64,000 nucleotides of DNA, from assembly GCF_001447785.1 (NCBI RefSeq), contig NW_015171648.1:1-64000 (forward strand), given 5' to 3'. Below the pieces are notes generated by a model. The model did not search any database, was not told the origin of the DNA, and worked only from the letters and a program-made list of their open reading frames with translations. Positions 10,713-21,784 of this stretch are shown piece after piece. Position 1 is the stretch's first letter. Each line of letters opens with the position of its first letter. Origin of the DNA: Gekko japonicus (lineage: Eukaryota). The position numbers and the translations under genes are program-made.

Positions 10713-13157
10713 ATGGAGATGCATCCCAACAACAGGCAAGGTTGGTCCTTTTTCTTCTGTCTCTGCATGTGTGGGGCAATATGTGAGTCCTTCCATTATT
10801 CAGTGCCCGAGGAAAAGAAAAGTGGGTCTCTGGTGGCAAATGTGCTAAAGGATTTGAAAATGGATGTGAAGGAGCTCTCTGCTCGCAGGGCCCGGCTGGT
10901 TTCTGAAGGCACCAAGCAATATTTCCAGCTGGATCCTCACAATGGGAATTTGATATTACAGGACAGAATAGACAGAGAAGCTCTGTGTGGTCAGAAAGAC
11001 CCTTGCATCTTACACTCAGAGATTGTGCTGGAAAACCCACTGCAAGTGCACAGAATCGAGGTTGAAATAGAGGATGTGAATGACAATTCTCCCCACTTCT
11101 CTAAAAAGGAATTTATCTTTGAAATACCTGAGCACATGCCAACAAATACCCGATTTCCTGTGGAGAGTGCTAAAGATGCAGACCGAGGAGAAAATATTGC
11201 TCAGAATTACACGCTTAGTCCAAATGACCATTTTCGGCTGGATGTGCAAAGTCACAATGAAGGAACTAAATTTGCAGAATTAGTGTTGGAGAAACAACTA
11301 GACCGGGAAGAGGAAACACATCTTTTTCTGATTCTGTCAGCTGTTGATGGAGGGATCCCAAAGAGAACAGGCACAGCAAAAATTATCATTGAAGTTCTGG
11401 ATTCAAATGATAATGTTCCTGTTTTCGATAAAAACATTTACAAAACTAAATTAATGGAAAACAGCCGACTAGGCTCCTTTGTAACAAAAGTGGAAGCAAC
11501 TGACCGAGATTTTGGTTCCAATGCAGAGATCAATTACTCTTTCAGCCAGGTGCCAGATGATGTACAAAGAGTATTCAACTTAAACAAACATACTGGGGAA
11601 CTTACTGTAGCAGAGAACATCGATTATGAAATGAATCAAAATTATGCAGTAAACATCAAAGCCATGGATGGAGGGGGGCTCTCTGCTTATTGCAAAGTCA
11701 TAGTGGAGATTGAGGACAGAAATGACAATGCCCCAGAGGTGACAATCACATCCCTCATCAGCCCCTTACCAGAAGATTCTCCTCCTGATACACTGGTGGC
11801 CCTCTTCCGTGTCACAGATATGGACTCTGGAGACAATGGCAGAACTGCCTGCACCACTGAGGCAAACCTGCCTTTCATGCTCAAAGCTTCTGAGAATAAC
11901 TATTACCAGCTGGTTACCCAGCAGCCCCTGGACCGAGAAAGAGTCTCAGAGTACAACATCACCATCACAGCCACTGACTGGGGCTCACCCAGGCTTACTT
12001 CAACAAGAATAATTAATGTCCAAATCTCAGATGTCAATGACAATGCTCCAGTATTTGAAAAGTCATTGTATGATATGCAGTTACATGAAAATAATATTCC
12101 AGGTCTCCTCATAGGTCTGGTCCAAGTCAACGATCTGGACACAGAGCAGAATGCTAAAGTGACCTATTCTCTTTTGCCTGGGAAGGTCATTGATCAACCT
12201 GTGTCCTCTTACGTCTCCATCAACTCTGAAACTGGGAATCTGTATGCCATCCGATCAGTGGACTATGAGCAGGTGAAAGATTTCCAGGTGACACTGAGGG
12301 CTGTGGACAGCGGTTCTCCTCCCCTGAGCTCTGAAGTTATGGTCCGAGTTTTTGTCATGGATGAAAATGACAATGCCCCGTTCATCCTCTACCCTCTTCA
12401 GAATGGCACCTCCCCATCCAATGACCTGGTTCCAAGGGGGGCCGAGGCTGGCTACCTGGTCACCAAGGTGGTGGCCGTGGACAGAGATTCTGGTCAGAAC
12501 TCTTGGCTTTCCTATGAGCTCCTGAAAGCCACAGAACCAGGTCTGTTCACTGTGGGGGCCCAGAATGGAGAAGTGAAAACCATGAGACCCATTAACAAAC
12601 GAGACACCTTCAAACAGAAACTTATTATTGGAGTCAGTGACAATGGGCATCCTCCCCAGTCCACCTCTGCCACACTAAGCGTTCTTCTAGTGGATGGCTT
12701 TTCTGACCCTTATATGAAAATGGTGGATATCCCAAAGGATGAAGTGGTGGAGGGGGAAGACCGTACCCTGACGATGTATCTGGTCATATGCTTGGCTGTC
12801 ATCTCCTTTATTTTTCTGGTTTCTGTGTTGCTGTTTATTGCCATCAAGATTCAGAAAAGGAGGAAGTTCATAGAGAACTCCACCCTGAGTTTCCCAGTGG
12901 GACCAAATTTCCCAGAGAACTGTGGAGATGCTGATGCTGGATCCCTTTCCCGGGCTTACAACTATGAGGTGTGCTTAGCTGGTGGGTCTCTGAACAGCGA
13001 GTTCAGGTTTCTCAGGCCTTTCTTTCCTTTGTTTTCTGTGGAGCCTGCTCAGTCCCAGGGGGCTCCAAGGATTTCACCAGGCTCCCAAGATCTTTCCAGT
13101 CATGAAGAAGAAAGTCAGCCCAAGGGTCAGGTGAGAGTATCATTGACATTTCATTGA
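10713..13157 (+). CDS. PCDHB: Protocadherin beta-like large exon, subfamily B copy 1 (B1)
   Basis: 814-aa ORF with 6 EC repeats, TM and [21 protein letters not shown]; donor CAG|GTGAGA after 13130. Confidence 0.95.
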   Translation: MEMHPNNRQGWSFFFCLCMCGAICESFHYSVPEEKKSGSLVANVLKDLKMDVKELSARRARLVSEGTKQYFQLDPHNGNLILQDRIDREALCGQKDPCILHSEIVLENPLQVHRIEVEIEDVNDNSPHFSKKEFIFEIPEHMPTNTRFPVESAKDADRGENIAQNYTLSPNDHFRLDVQSHNEGTKFAELVLEKQLDREEETHLFLILSAVDGGIPKRTGTAKIIIEVLDSNDNVPVFDKNIYKTKLMENSRLGSFVTKVEATDRDFGSNAEINYSFSQVPDDVQRVFNLNKHTGELTVAENIDYEMNQNYAVNIKAMDGGGLSAYCKVIVEIEDRNDNAPEVTITSLISPLPEDSPPDTLVALFRVTDMDSGDNGRTACTTEANLPFMLKASENNYYQLVTQQPLDRERVSEYNITITATDWGSPRLTSTRIINVQISDVNDNAPVFEKSLYDMQLHENNIPGLLIGLVQVNDLDTEQNAKVTYSLLPGKVIDQPVSSYVSINSETGNLYAIRSVDYEQVKDFQVTLRAVDSGSPPLSSEVMVRVFVMDENDNAPFILYPLQNGTSPSNDLVPRGAEAGYLVTKVVAVDRDSGQNSWLSYELLKATEPGLFTVGAQNGEVKTMRPINKRDTFKQKLIIGVSDNGHPPQSTSATLSVLLVDGFSDPYMKMVDIPKDEVVEGEDRTLTMYLVICLAVISFIFLVSVLLFIAIKIQKRRKFIENSTLSFPVGPNFPENCGDADAGSLSRAYNYEVCLAGGSLNSEFRFLRPFFPLFSVEPAQSQGAPRISPGSQDLSSHEEESQPKGQVRVSLTFH

Positions 13158-14639
13158 ATAATTTTTTCATACGGAAATTCTTAATATTTGAATCTGTCAC
13201 TAATATCTCTCAGCAACTATATTGTTTAGTTTTTCAGTGGGAATTAAGGACAAATTTCTGCATTGAAAACATTCTCAATAAGAGGATAAAAAGTATTTTT
13301 CTCTCTTTTTTAGTATGGAGAATAATAACTATTTCATTGACGCATTTTTATATAGTGCAGTTTTACAAAATAACAGTTAAATGAACATAAATGTAAGCTT
13401 TTCCTCTTAAATGTATTTGGCTCTAAGATGCTTTTATTTTCTAATCAAACAATAAGTGGTGGAATTGGGAAACATATTTGTGGGAAACCCAAGTTTCACT
13501 TTGAAGCTACTATCATGAGAAGCAGAGAGAATTTAAAAGATTGAGGCATTGGTTGAAGAGAGGATGTCGAGGCTCACCCTACCTTGGTGCAGTAACATAA
13601 CCAAGCTATAATTGGGTTTGGATTTAGTAATCTGTAATTTTGAAAGGATTAGATTATCTTCCACTAAAGACTGAAACTAAGACCTATAGCTCTAAGTGTC
13701 TGATAGATTTCCATCTAGATTCAGTTTCCTATTTTATTTCCCAATTCAGCTTGTATATTCATTCTGAAGAGCACCACAGTTTGTCCAAATTGATATCCAG
13801 CCTTCAAATTATATTCCTTTATTATTTCAAGTTAATAAATGAATCTGAAGGGTATCTTATCATGAAAACTACATCATCTCACCTATCTTTTCCTGAATAC
13901 CAGTACCTTGTATGTTTGCTCCAGATCGGATCTCTATTGCCAGAACTTTTGTACATGTATTAAAAATGCTGTCCTGATACTAGAGCAGCTATACCAATTC
14001 TGCCTTTGCAGTAAGTACACTATAAATTAAATCTATCTAATTTCTAAAACACTGATGAAATTCAAATTTTAATAAGACATCTCTTAAGAAATTCTACTCA
14101 ATACTATCAAATGCCTTCTCAGTATCTGTTAAACAGAATTTCTCAGCACAAATGGAGTACTTTCCCTGATGGATTGTAAATAAGGCTCAGCCAATGCTTC
14201 CTTTGTAAACAACAATGGCTGTATGTCAGGTTAGCCAATTTCTTCATACCGAGCCTCTATTAATGCATCTTGCTGGGTTGTAGACTTTATTCCCTGAAGG
14301 CATCAGTGATCAGTAGCTGCTGAACTACCAGCAGCCCAGAATGGCCAACCATTGCCTGGAGCCCTCTGCTGCAGCTGCTTTTCAGCATTTGCTTTTCTGC
14401 TGCCTCTCTGGGAAGTATGTGGGTGGCCATAACATCAAGAGTAGTCAGAAGGTGCCATATCCTGTCTGAGCACAAAGATGGCAGAGGCAGAGGGTCACTA
14501 GCAAGGATTCGTGAGAAAGGGCCAACCTGAGAGCTGAAGTTGGGGAGATGTCTTATGAAGCAAAGACCTGGAGAAGAGCATTTGAAAACTAGGACTCAAA
14601 AATCAAACCCAAATCTGAACCTCCTTGGACTAGTTAAGC

Positions 14640-15194
14640 TGGACCACCACACAAATGATTGGGACAGATTACAGGACCGTAAACTATTATGTCCGGGTAT
14701 CACCCAAGATGTGATAGAAGTCACGAGTAGACAAGAACTGTCACAGGTTATTAGAAGACGTTTGAGAGACTTTGACTATGAGAGCACATCAATTAGAGCC
14801 CGCAGAGTGTGCTCAGCCTTTTCAGTAGGCATTCAGCCTCCAACAACAATCTGAGATAATTCTTCCAAAGTATGGAAGGGCATTAGCACGTGTGAATGCC
14901 CTACCTTCAGCTGTGATATCAGGAAGATTTAATGGGATTTCATACTCAGATCAACTCTGTAATAGCTGCAGCAGTAAAATGGACTCTGTGGATTATATTT
15001 TGCTTGATTGTCCCAAATTTTCAGCTCTAAGAGATGAACTGATCTCCCCTTTATTTAATCAGGACTTTATCTCTCCAGAAGCAAAATCATCCTGGTTACT
15101 TAGAGATGAAGACAAACAAATTACTATACATGTGGCAGACTTTCTAGCAGCTGTTGTCAAATCACATGACAGCTTTTGCAGTAGCAACCTTTAA
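14640..15194 (+). mobile_element. Degenerate non-LTR retrotransposon (RTE-X-like) C-terminal fragment
   Basis: NALPSAVISGRF..QLCNSC..DSVDYILLDCPKFSALR; resembles the 23142 ORF. Confidence 0.6.
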
Positions 15195-16296
15195 ATTCTT
15201 CCATGTTTTCCTGTGGAATGAGGTTTATTGTTGGATGAGGGTTTGACTCCGGTTGCAAAAACAGTAAAAACAATAGAAATACAACAGAGAAAGGGCCAAC
15301 TGACAGCAACTTATTTAAGGGCTCCTACCATCTGATGCTGCCCTGGACTTCCTGCCCAGGGAAATAATGAAGGCCAGAAACAGATAATATGTTAGGGCTT
15401 CTCTGGCTGTGAGAGATGATTCTTACCTCTACCCCCCTGCCCAATATGAGACATCCTCAGAGAAAGTACAAAACTCTGTCCTCTATTTTTTCCTCAAATG
15501 CTATTCACAGGACAGCAACTAGTACTTTTTGTGATAAAAAGTTTTAGTTCATTGGAAACCTCCACACACCCCAAGTGCCATGAAGTTTAATTCCAACCTG
15601 TTGTTTCTGTCTCCCATGACGTACTTTATGGGCAGAGTACTCCAGTAACTTCAGCAGCGACTAACCCTAAATGAAGCAGCATGAGGAGAAGGTAAAGGTC
15701 TTCTTACCTTGAATAGGTAGAGTCATGGCATAGTCACCTCCACAGAGAGAGGCCCTGAGCACACTAACAACCTGAGAATGACTGACAGTGCTATGAATGG
15801 AACCATGACATTTCTGGCTATCAGTCAGGCCCATTACTAGATATTGACTAGACACCAAAATCAACATTTGCATTCAGTTGGAGGATACTTTCAATACTTA
15901 GGCCTCATTTTATTTATAGGGATGGGCACAAGCTGACTCGTTCATGATGAATTTTGACTGGTTCTTGGTACACGAACTGAAGTTCATGGCAGGCCAACCG
16001 GCATGAACTTTCCACAAACTTTCAAGCTGTTTGTGACAGTATCTCCATTCAATCTAAATGTTTACCAAACTTCAAAGGAATTGGGGGGGCATAACTTGGA
16101 GGGTATGTAGAAGAGCATCTGAGGGAGATCCCCTGTGACTTTGATGTCTCTAGTGTACACAGGATCTGTTCTATACACTTCTGAACCTGTACCTTTCATT
16201 TCCCCAGAAAACAGTTTCTCAGGGGCACCTTCTTTGTGGGGGCATAACTCAGACCCCATAAACCAAATCCTCACCAAACCTGGTGGGCAGGTAGAG

Positions 16297-17125
16297 TCAT
16301 CACTTTGGGCTCTCTGTTATATTGGGTTTTCATTTCTGTTGGTTTCAATGAGAAACTGGTGTGGTTAGTGTTGAGCTATGATCAGGGATGGGCATGAACC
16401 ACATTTTAGCAGTTCAGTTCATGGTTCATGGCTGAACCACAAACTGAACGATGAACCAATACGAACTGGGAGGCTGGTTTGCCAACTGAACTGGTTCGTA
16501 TCAGTTCATGACCCCTGCTTTCTCCTCCCCACCACTTTCTGCTCTTCACAAACTGCCACAAACTGCCTTAATGGTGTTCATGGGGGCTCTTCAGTTCAGA
16601 AACATCACTTCGTAAACCACAAACCAACCAAAATTTGTCACAAACTTTCATTTGTGAGCCAGTTCCTGTGCATCCCTAGCTATGATCTGGGAGACTTAGG
16701 CTGGAATATTGTTTTATAAGTTATTTCATCACTTTGGGCTCTCTGTTATATTGGGTTTTCATTTCTGTTGGTTTCAATTAGAAACTGGTGTGGTTAGTGT
16801 TGAGCTATGATCAGGGATGGGCATGAACCACATTTTAGCAGTTCAGTTCATGGTTCATGGCTGAACCACAAACTGAACGATGAACCAATACGAACTGGGA
16901 GGTTGGTTTGCCAACTGAACTGGTTCGTATCAGTTCATGACCCCTGCTTTCTCCTCTCCACCGCTTTCTGCTCTTCACAAACTGCCTTCATGGTGTTCAT
17001 GGGGGCTCTTCAGTTCAGAAACATCACTTCGTAAACCACAAACCAACCAAAATTTGTCACAAACTTTCATTTGTGAGCCAGTTCCTGTGCATCCCAGCTA
17101 TGATCTGGGAGACTTAGGCTGGAAT
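16297..17125. repeat. Tandem duplication, 429-bp period (16297-16707 / 16726-17125)
   Basis: Near-identical direct copies; each contains a MITE. Confidence 0.95.
16383..16678. mobile_element. hAT-like MITE inserted in a SINE head (second copy from 16812; related left end at ~15917)
   Basis: TIRs CAGGGATG / CATCCCTA; 8-bp TSD GCTATGAT. Confidence 0.85.
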
Positions 17126-17754
17126 CCTCATTTTCCCTTGGAAGCTTGTTGGGTGACCTTAGGACAGTCACATTCTCAGCCTAACCTACCTCACAGGTTT
17201 GTTGTGAGGATAAAATGGAGGGGAAGAGGGGAGAATGACATAAGCCTCTTTGTGGCCCCATTGGGGAGAAAGGCAAGGATGAATTAAGCAAGTAAATAAA
17301 CAAATACCTTTAACATTTTTTCTCTCACTGGCCTTTTGAAATATGGAGGAAATTGTGCTTTCTATTGGATCATCCCTCACAAATCTCAGGCAAAGAGAAG
17401 AAAGCACTCCTGTTTTGTAGACACTTAAATTGCTGTCTTGGAGGGACGGCATATGACAGTTTCCCCTAAATTCTGAAGTTTTTTTTGTGGGTGGGTGGGT
17501 CTGTTGGAGTGCAAAAAATGGAGTGCAAATTTGAGGGGAACTAACCTCTGTCCCTCTTGCACCATGTCTTAGTATACTTTCTTCTCCCAGCCAGGCTCTT
17601 AATACCACAAGTGACCAGGCTGGGGAAAAACTACTTCAAGTACTGGAGTAAGGCTCAAGAGGAGGCCTGGCTTAGCTCCCAATCACTTGTCTCCTCAGTT
17701 TTTGTTTAAAAATAGAATGCTAATTTCATTACACAAAAGACTCCTCATAGTTTG

Positions 17755-17949
17755 CCTGAAACTGCCTTATACTGGATCAGACCATCTGTTCATCAAGTTG
17801 ACTAATGTTTTGCCAGAGAGATAGTGATTTTTCAAGGTCTCAGGTAGGGGTCTTATACATCACCTACTGCCTGGTCCTTTTAACGGGAGCTGCCCAGGAC
17901 CTTCTGCATGCAAACCAAAGGCTCTTCCACTAAGCCACAGCCCCTCCCC
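17755..17949 (-). mobile_element. tRNA-derived SINE; related copies ~46488-46666 and 51420-51590
   Basis: Minus strand GGGGAGGGGCTGTGGCTTAGTGG..GCATGCAGAAGGTCC tRNA-like head. Confidence 0.65.
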
Positions 17950-18745
17950 AATTCTACTTGTTCTACTGATTTTACTTCTATAGCATAAATGAAACTGTCT
18001 CAAAGCCATTCAGACGGTTGCAATGATTGAGGTAAAGTGGAAATACTGTGTACATCTATTGAGATATTGCTCTTGAGTGGAAGTATCCATTAACTCTTGA
18101 GGCTGAAAAACGCCCCTGTCAGTTACATTTTCTGCTGATTAAACCTTTCATCTGAACTGGCCCTACTGCTTGCTCTTCCCTTACATTTTGTGTGCATAAA
18201 AGGTAGGCAGCCATTTCTGAAGACTGTCAGAAATTATTGCAGGTTGTTAATTTTTAGTTATCAGATTTGGTCTGTTAAAGATATTAAGGTGTACAGGGAT
18301 TAGTCAAATTTGGATTAATGGATTTATGAATGCATATCTGTGGCACATAGATGAATGAGATGAAAACATAGCAGAAAACTGAAATAGACAAATGTAAAAT
18401 AGATGTTACACATTCCAGTCCTATGTGTCCCAGCACTGATCCTTCTATATTCCTTTCTTAAAAAGAGGACGTAGCCATTCCCAATCCTATTCCCTGTCTG
18501 AAGTTTCTTGTCCCAGTATAAATAATATACTTAGGTTTTTAGGGTTAAGATTCTGTGTCTCTACATCTTTATATATCCATACAAGCACAACAGATCATGG
18601 TTTGGATCCAGGTTTTTTATATATACCATTTCTGTTTCTTACCTGTAAGGTACAGGTGTAAGCATTACGCAGAAAGACCACTGTAAACTATTATTTCAGG
18701 AAAATGTTTTGTGCAGATCAATGAAAACAGAATAATATGTGCAAC

Positions 18746-18778
18746 TGCTGTATTTTACTTCAAGCACAAGGTGGTGCT
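18746..18778 (+). promoter_or_regulatory. CSE/CTCF-like element of C1 with upstream module
   Basis: Core GCACAAGGTGGTGCT at 18764 with TGCTG starting 18 bp upstream; core 251 bp from ATG. Confidence 0.75.
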
Positions 18779-19014
18779 GTTGGCCAACAAAGCAGATATT
18801 GTTGAAGATGCTCCTTGCAAAAGCTGGGGCCATTAGAGAAAGCTGTATCAAGGAAACAGGCAGCAGCTCTGTATTTCAAGAAAACAGTCAGAAATATTAG
18901 GAGGAAAAGGCTTCTGAATCAATCTCCAACAATAAGAAGACCAAGGAAAGAAAGGGAACCAGGTGCTTTACAAAGAATCCCCTTGTGTTTTACTCCTGGG
19001 GAAAAGCTGCAAGA

Positions 19015-21444
19015 ATGCAAAGGAGCCACCTTAACAGGCAAGTCTGGTCTTTTTCTCTGTATTTATGCCTTGCTGTTGTGGTGTGTGAGACTTTCCACTA
19101 TTCAGTGCCTGAGGAAAAGAAAAGTGGGTCTCTGGTGGCAAATGTGCTAAAGGATTTGAAAGTAGATGTAAAGGAGCTGTCTGCTCGCAGGGCCCGGCTG
19201 GTTTCTGAAGGCAACAGGCAATATTTCCAGCTGGATCCACACTCTGGGAATGTGATATTGCAGGACAGAATAGATCGAGAGTCTCTCTGTGGTCAGAAGG
19301 ACACTTGTGTCTTATTCTCGGAGATTGTGCTGGAAAACCCACTGCAAGTGCACAGAATTGAGGTTGACATAGAGGATGTGAACGACAATTCCCCTGAATT
19401 CTCTAAGAAGGAATTCCTTTTTGAAATACCCGAACAGACTCCCCTGAATACTGGATTTCTACTGGAGAGTGCTACAGATGCAGACAGAGGGGGAAATGGT
19501 GTTCAGAACTATACCCTTAGTCCAAATGACCATTTTAGGTTGGGTGTTCAGAGTCACAGCGATGGCAGCAAAAGTGCAGAATTAGTACTGGAGAAACAAT
19601 TAGACCGTGAAGAGACTGCACGGCTTTTCTTGATTCTGTCAGCTATTGATGGAGGGACCCCAAAGAGAACAGGCACAGCAAAAATTGTAATTGATGTTCT
19701 GGACAACAATGATAATGTCCCTCAGTTCCATCAATCTCTGTACAAAGTGAAGGTACTGGAAAATGCCCCCCCAAACACACTTGTAGCTAAAGTGGAAGCA
19801 ACAGACAGGGATCTTGGTTCCAATGCCGACATCACTTATTCCTTCAGCCAGGTAACAGAAAATATCCTTAAATCTTTCAAGTTAAACAAAAATACCGGGG
19901 AACTTGCCGTTGCAGGGAAAATTGATTATGAAGAGGAGAGAAATTATGCAATAAACATCAAAGCCACTGATGGAGGGGGACTCTCTGCTTACTGCAAAGT
20001 CATTGTGGAGATTGAGGACATGAATGACAATGTGCCAGAGGTGACGCTCACATCCCTCATCAGCCCCTTACCAGAAGATTCTCCCACAGATACAGTGGTG
20101 GCCCTCTTCCGTGTCACAGACCGAGACTCTGGGGACAATGGCAGAACTGCCTGCACCACTGAGGCAAGCTTGCCTTTCATGGTGAAAGCAAATGCAAATA
20201 ATTACTATCAACTGGTCACTCAGCAGACCCTAGACAGAGAAAAAGCTTCAGAGTACAACGTCACCATCACAGCCACAGACCAGGGCTCTCCTAGGCTCAC
20301 TTCAAGAAAAACGATCAATGTCCAAATCTCAGACATCAACGACAACTCCCCAGTATTTGAAAAGTTATCATATGAAATGCAGTTATGGGAAAATAATATC
20401 CCAGGTCTGCTGATAGGTTTGGTCCAAGCCAAGGACCCGGACACAGCAAAGAATGCCAAAATGACGTATTCTCTTTTACCAGGAAAGGTCAGCGATCAAC
20501 CTGTATCCTCTTACGTTTCCATCAACACTGAAACTGGGAATCTGTATGCCATCCGATCTCTGGACTATGAGCAGGTGAAAGATTTCCAAGTGACTGTGAG
20601 GGCTGTGGACAGCGGTTCTCCTCCCCTGAGCTCTGAAGCTATGGTCCGAGTTTATGTCATGGATGAAAATGACAATGCCCCATTCATCCTCTACCCTCTT
20701 CAGAATGGCACTTCCCCATCCAATGACCTGGTTCCCAGGGGGGCGGAGGCTGGCTACCTGGTCACCAAGGTGGTGGCAGTGGACAGAGATTCCGGTCAGA
20801 ACTCTTGGCTTTCCTATGAGCTCCTGAAGGCCACAGAACCGGGTCTGTTCAGTGTGGGGGCCCAGAATGGAGAAGTGAAAACCATGAGACCCATTAACAA
20901 ACGAGACACCTTCAAACAGAAACTTATTATTGGAGTCAGTGACAATGGACATCCTCCCCAGTCCACCTCTGCAACACTAAGCATTCTGCTAGTGGACGGT
21001 TTTTCTGACCCTTATATGAAAATGGTGGATATCCCAAAGGAGGAAGTGGTGGAGGAGGAAGACCGTACCCTGACGATGTATCTGGTCATATGCTTGGCTG
21101 TCATCTCCTTCATTTTTCTGGTTTCTGTGTTGGTGTTTGTTGCCGTCAAAATTCAGAAAAGGAGAAAGTTCGTAGAGAGCTCTGCCCTGAATTTCCCAGT
21201 GGGACCAAATTTTCCTGAGAACTGTGGAGATGCTGATGCTGGATCCCTTTCCCGGGCTTACAACTATGAGGTGTGCTTAGCTGGTGGGTCCCTGAACAGC
21301 GAATTCAGGTTTCTCAGGCCTTTCTTTCCTGTGTTTTCTGTGGATCCTGCTCAATCCCAGGGAGCTCAAAGGATTTCACCAGGTTCCCAAGAAGTTCCCA
21401 GCCATGCAGCAGAAGGTCAGGTGAGAATAATTAATTTAATATAG
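19015..21444 (+). CDS. PCDHB: Protocadherin beta-like large exon, subfamily C copy 1 (C1)
   Basis: First ATG (MQRSHLNRQVW) of the 819-aa ORF; 6 EC, TM, beta tail; donor CAG|GTGAGA after 21420. Confidence 0.95.
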   Translation: MQRSHLNRQVWSFSLYLCLAVVVCETFHYSVPEEKKSGSLVANVLKDLKVDVKELSARRARLVSEGNRQYFQLDPHSGNVILQDRIDRESLCGQKDTCVLFSEIVLENPLQVHRIEVDIEDVNDNSPEFSKKEFLFEIPEQTPLNTGFLLESATDADRGGNGVQNYTLSPNDHFRLGVQSHSDGSKSAELVLEKQLDREETARLFLILSAIDGGTPKRTGTAKIVIDVLDNNDNVPQFHQSLYKVKVLENAPPNTLVAKVEATDRDLGSNADITYSFSQVTENILKSFKLNKNTGELAVAGKIDYEEERNYAINIKATDGGGLSAYCKVIVEIEDMNDNVPEVTLTSLISPLPEDSPTDTVVALFRVTDRDSGDNGRTACTTEASLPFMVKANANNYYQLVTQQTLDREKASEYNVTITATDQGSPRLTSRKTINVQISDINDNSPVFEKLSYEMQLWENNIPGLLIGLVQAKDPDTAKNAKMTYSLLPGKVSDQPVSSYVSINTETGNLYAIRSLDYEQVKDFQVTVRAVDSGSPPLSSEAMVRVYVMDENDNAPFILYPLQNGTSPSNDLVPRGAEAGYLVTKVVAVDRDSGQNSWLSYELLKATEPGLFSVGAQNGEVKTMRPINKRDTFKQKLIIGVSDNGHPPQSTSATLSILLVDGFSDPYMKMVDIPKEEVVEEEDRTLTMYLVICLAVISFIFLVSVLVFVAVKIQKRRKFVESSALNFPVGPNFPENCGDADAGSLSRAYNYEVCLAGGSLNSEFRFLRPFFPVFSVDPAQSQGAQRISPGSQEVPSHAAEGQVRIINLI

Positions 21445-21456
21445 AGATATAGAATG

Positions 21457-21784
21457 NNNNNNNNNNNNNNNNNNNNNNNNNNNNNNNNNNNNNNNNNNNN
21501 NNNNNNNNNNNNNNNNNNNNNNNNNNNNNNNNNNNNNNNNNNNNNNNNNNNNNNNNNNNNNNNNNNNNNNNNNNNNNNNNNNNNNNNNNNNNNNNNNNNN
21601 NNNNNNNNNNNNNNNNNNNNNNNNNNNNNNNNNNNNNNNNNNNNNNNNNNNNNNNNNNNNNNNNNNNNNNNNNNNNNNNNNNNNNNNNNNNNNNNNNNNN
21701 NNNNNNNNNNNNNNNNNNNNNNNNNNNNNNNNNNNNNNNNNNNNNNNNNNNNNNNNNNNNNNNNNNNNNNNNNNNNNNNNNNNN
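21457..21784. other. Assembly gap (also 49160-49713 and 54810-54980)
   Basis: Runs of N. Confidence 1.

Noticed and set aside
12461-12475. CACCAAGGTGGTGGC in EC6 resembling an exonic CTCF site
   Set aside because: Dictated by the conserved TKVVAV peptide, with a poor match at the 5' CCAC positions.
12255-12650. Recurrent antisense ORFs over EC5-EC6 (also 20476, 39465, 61797) and EC1
   Set aside because: Shadows of homogenised sense coding sequence; variable lengths and no independent protein features.
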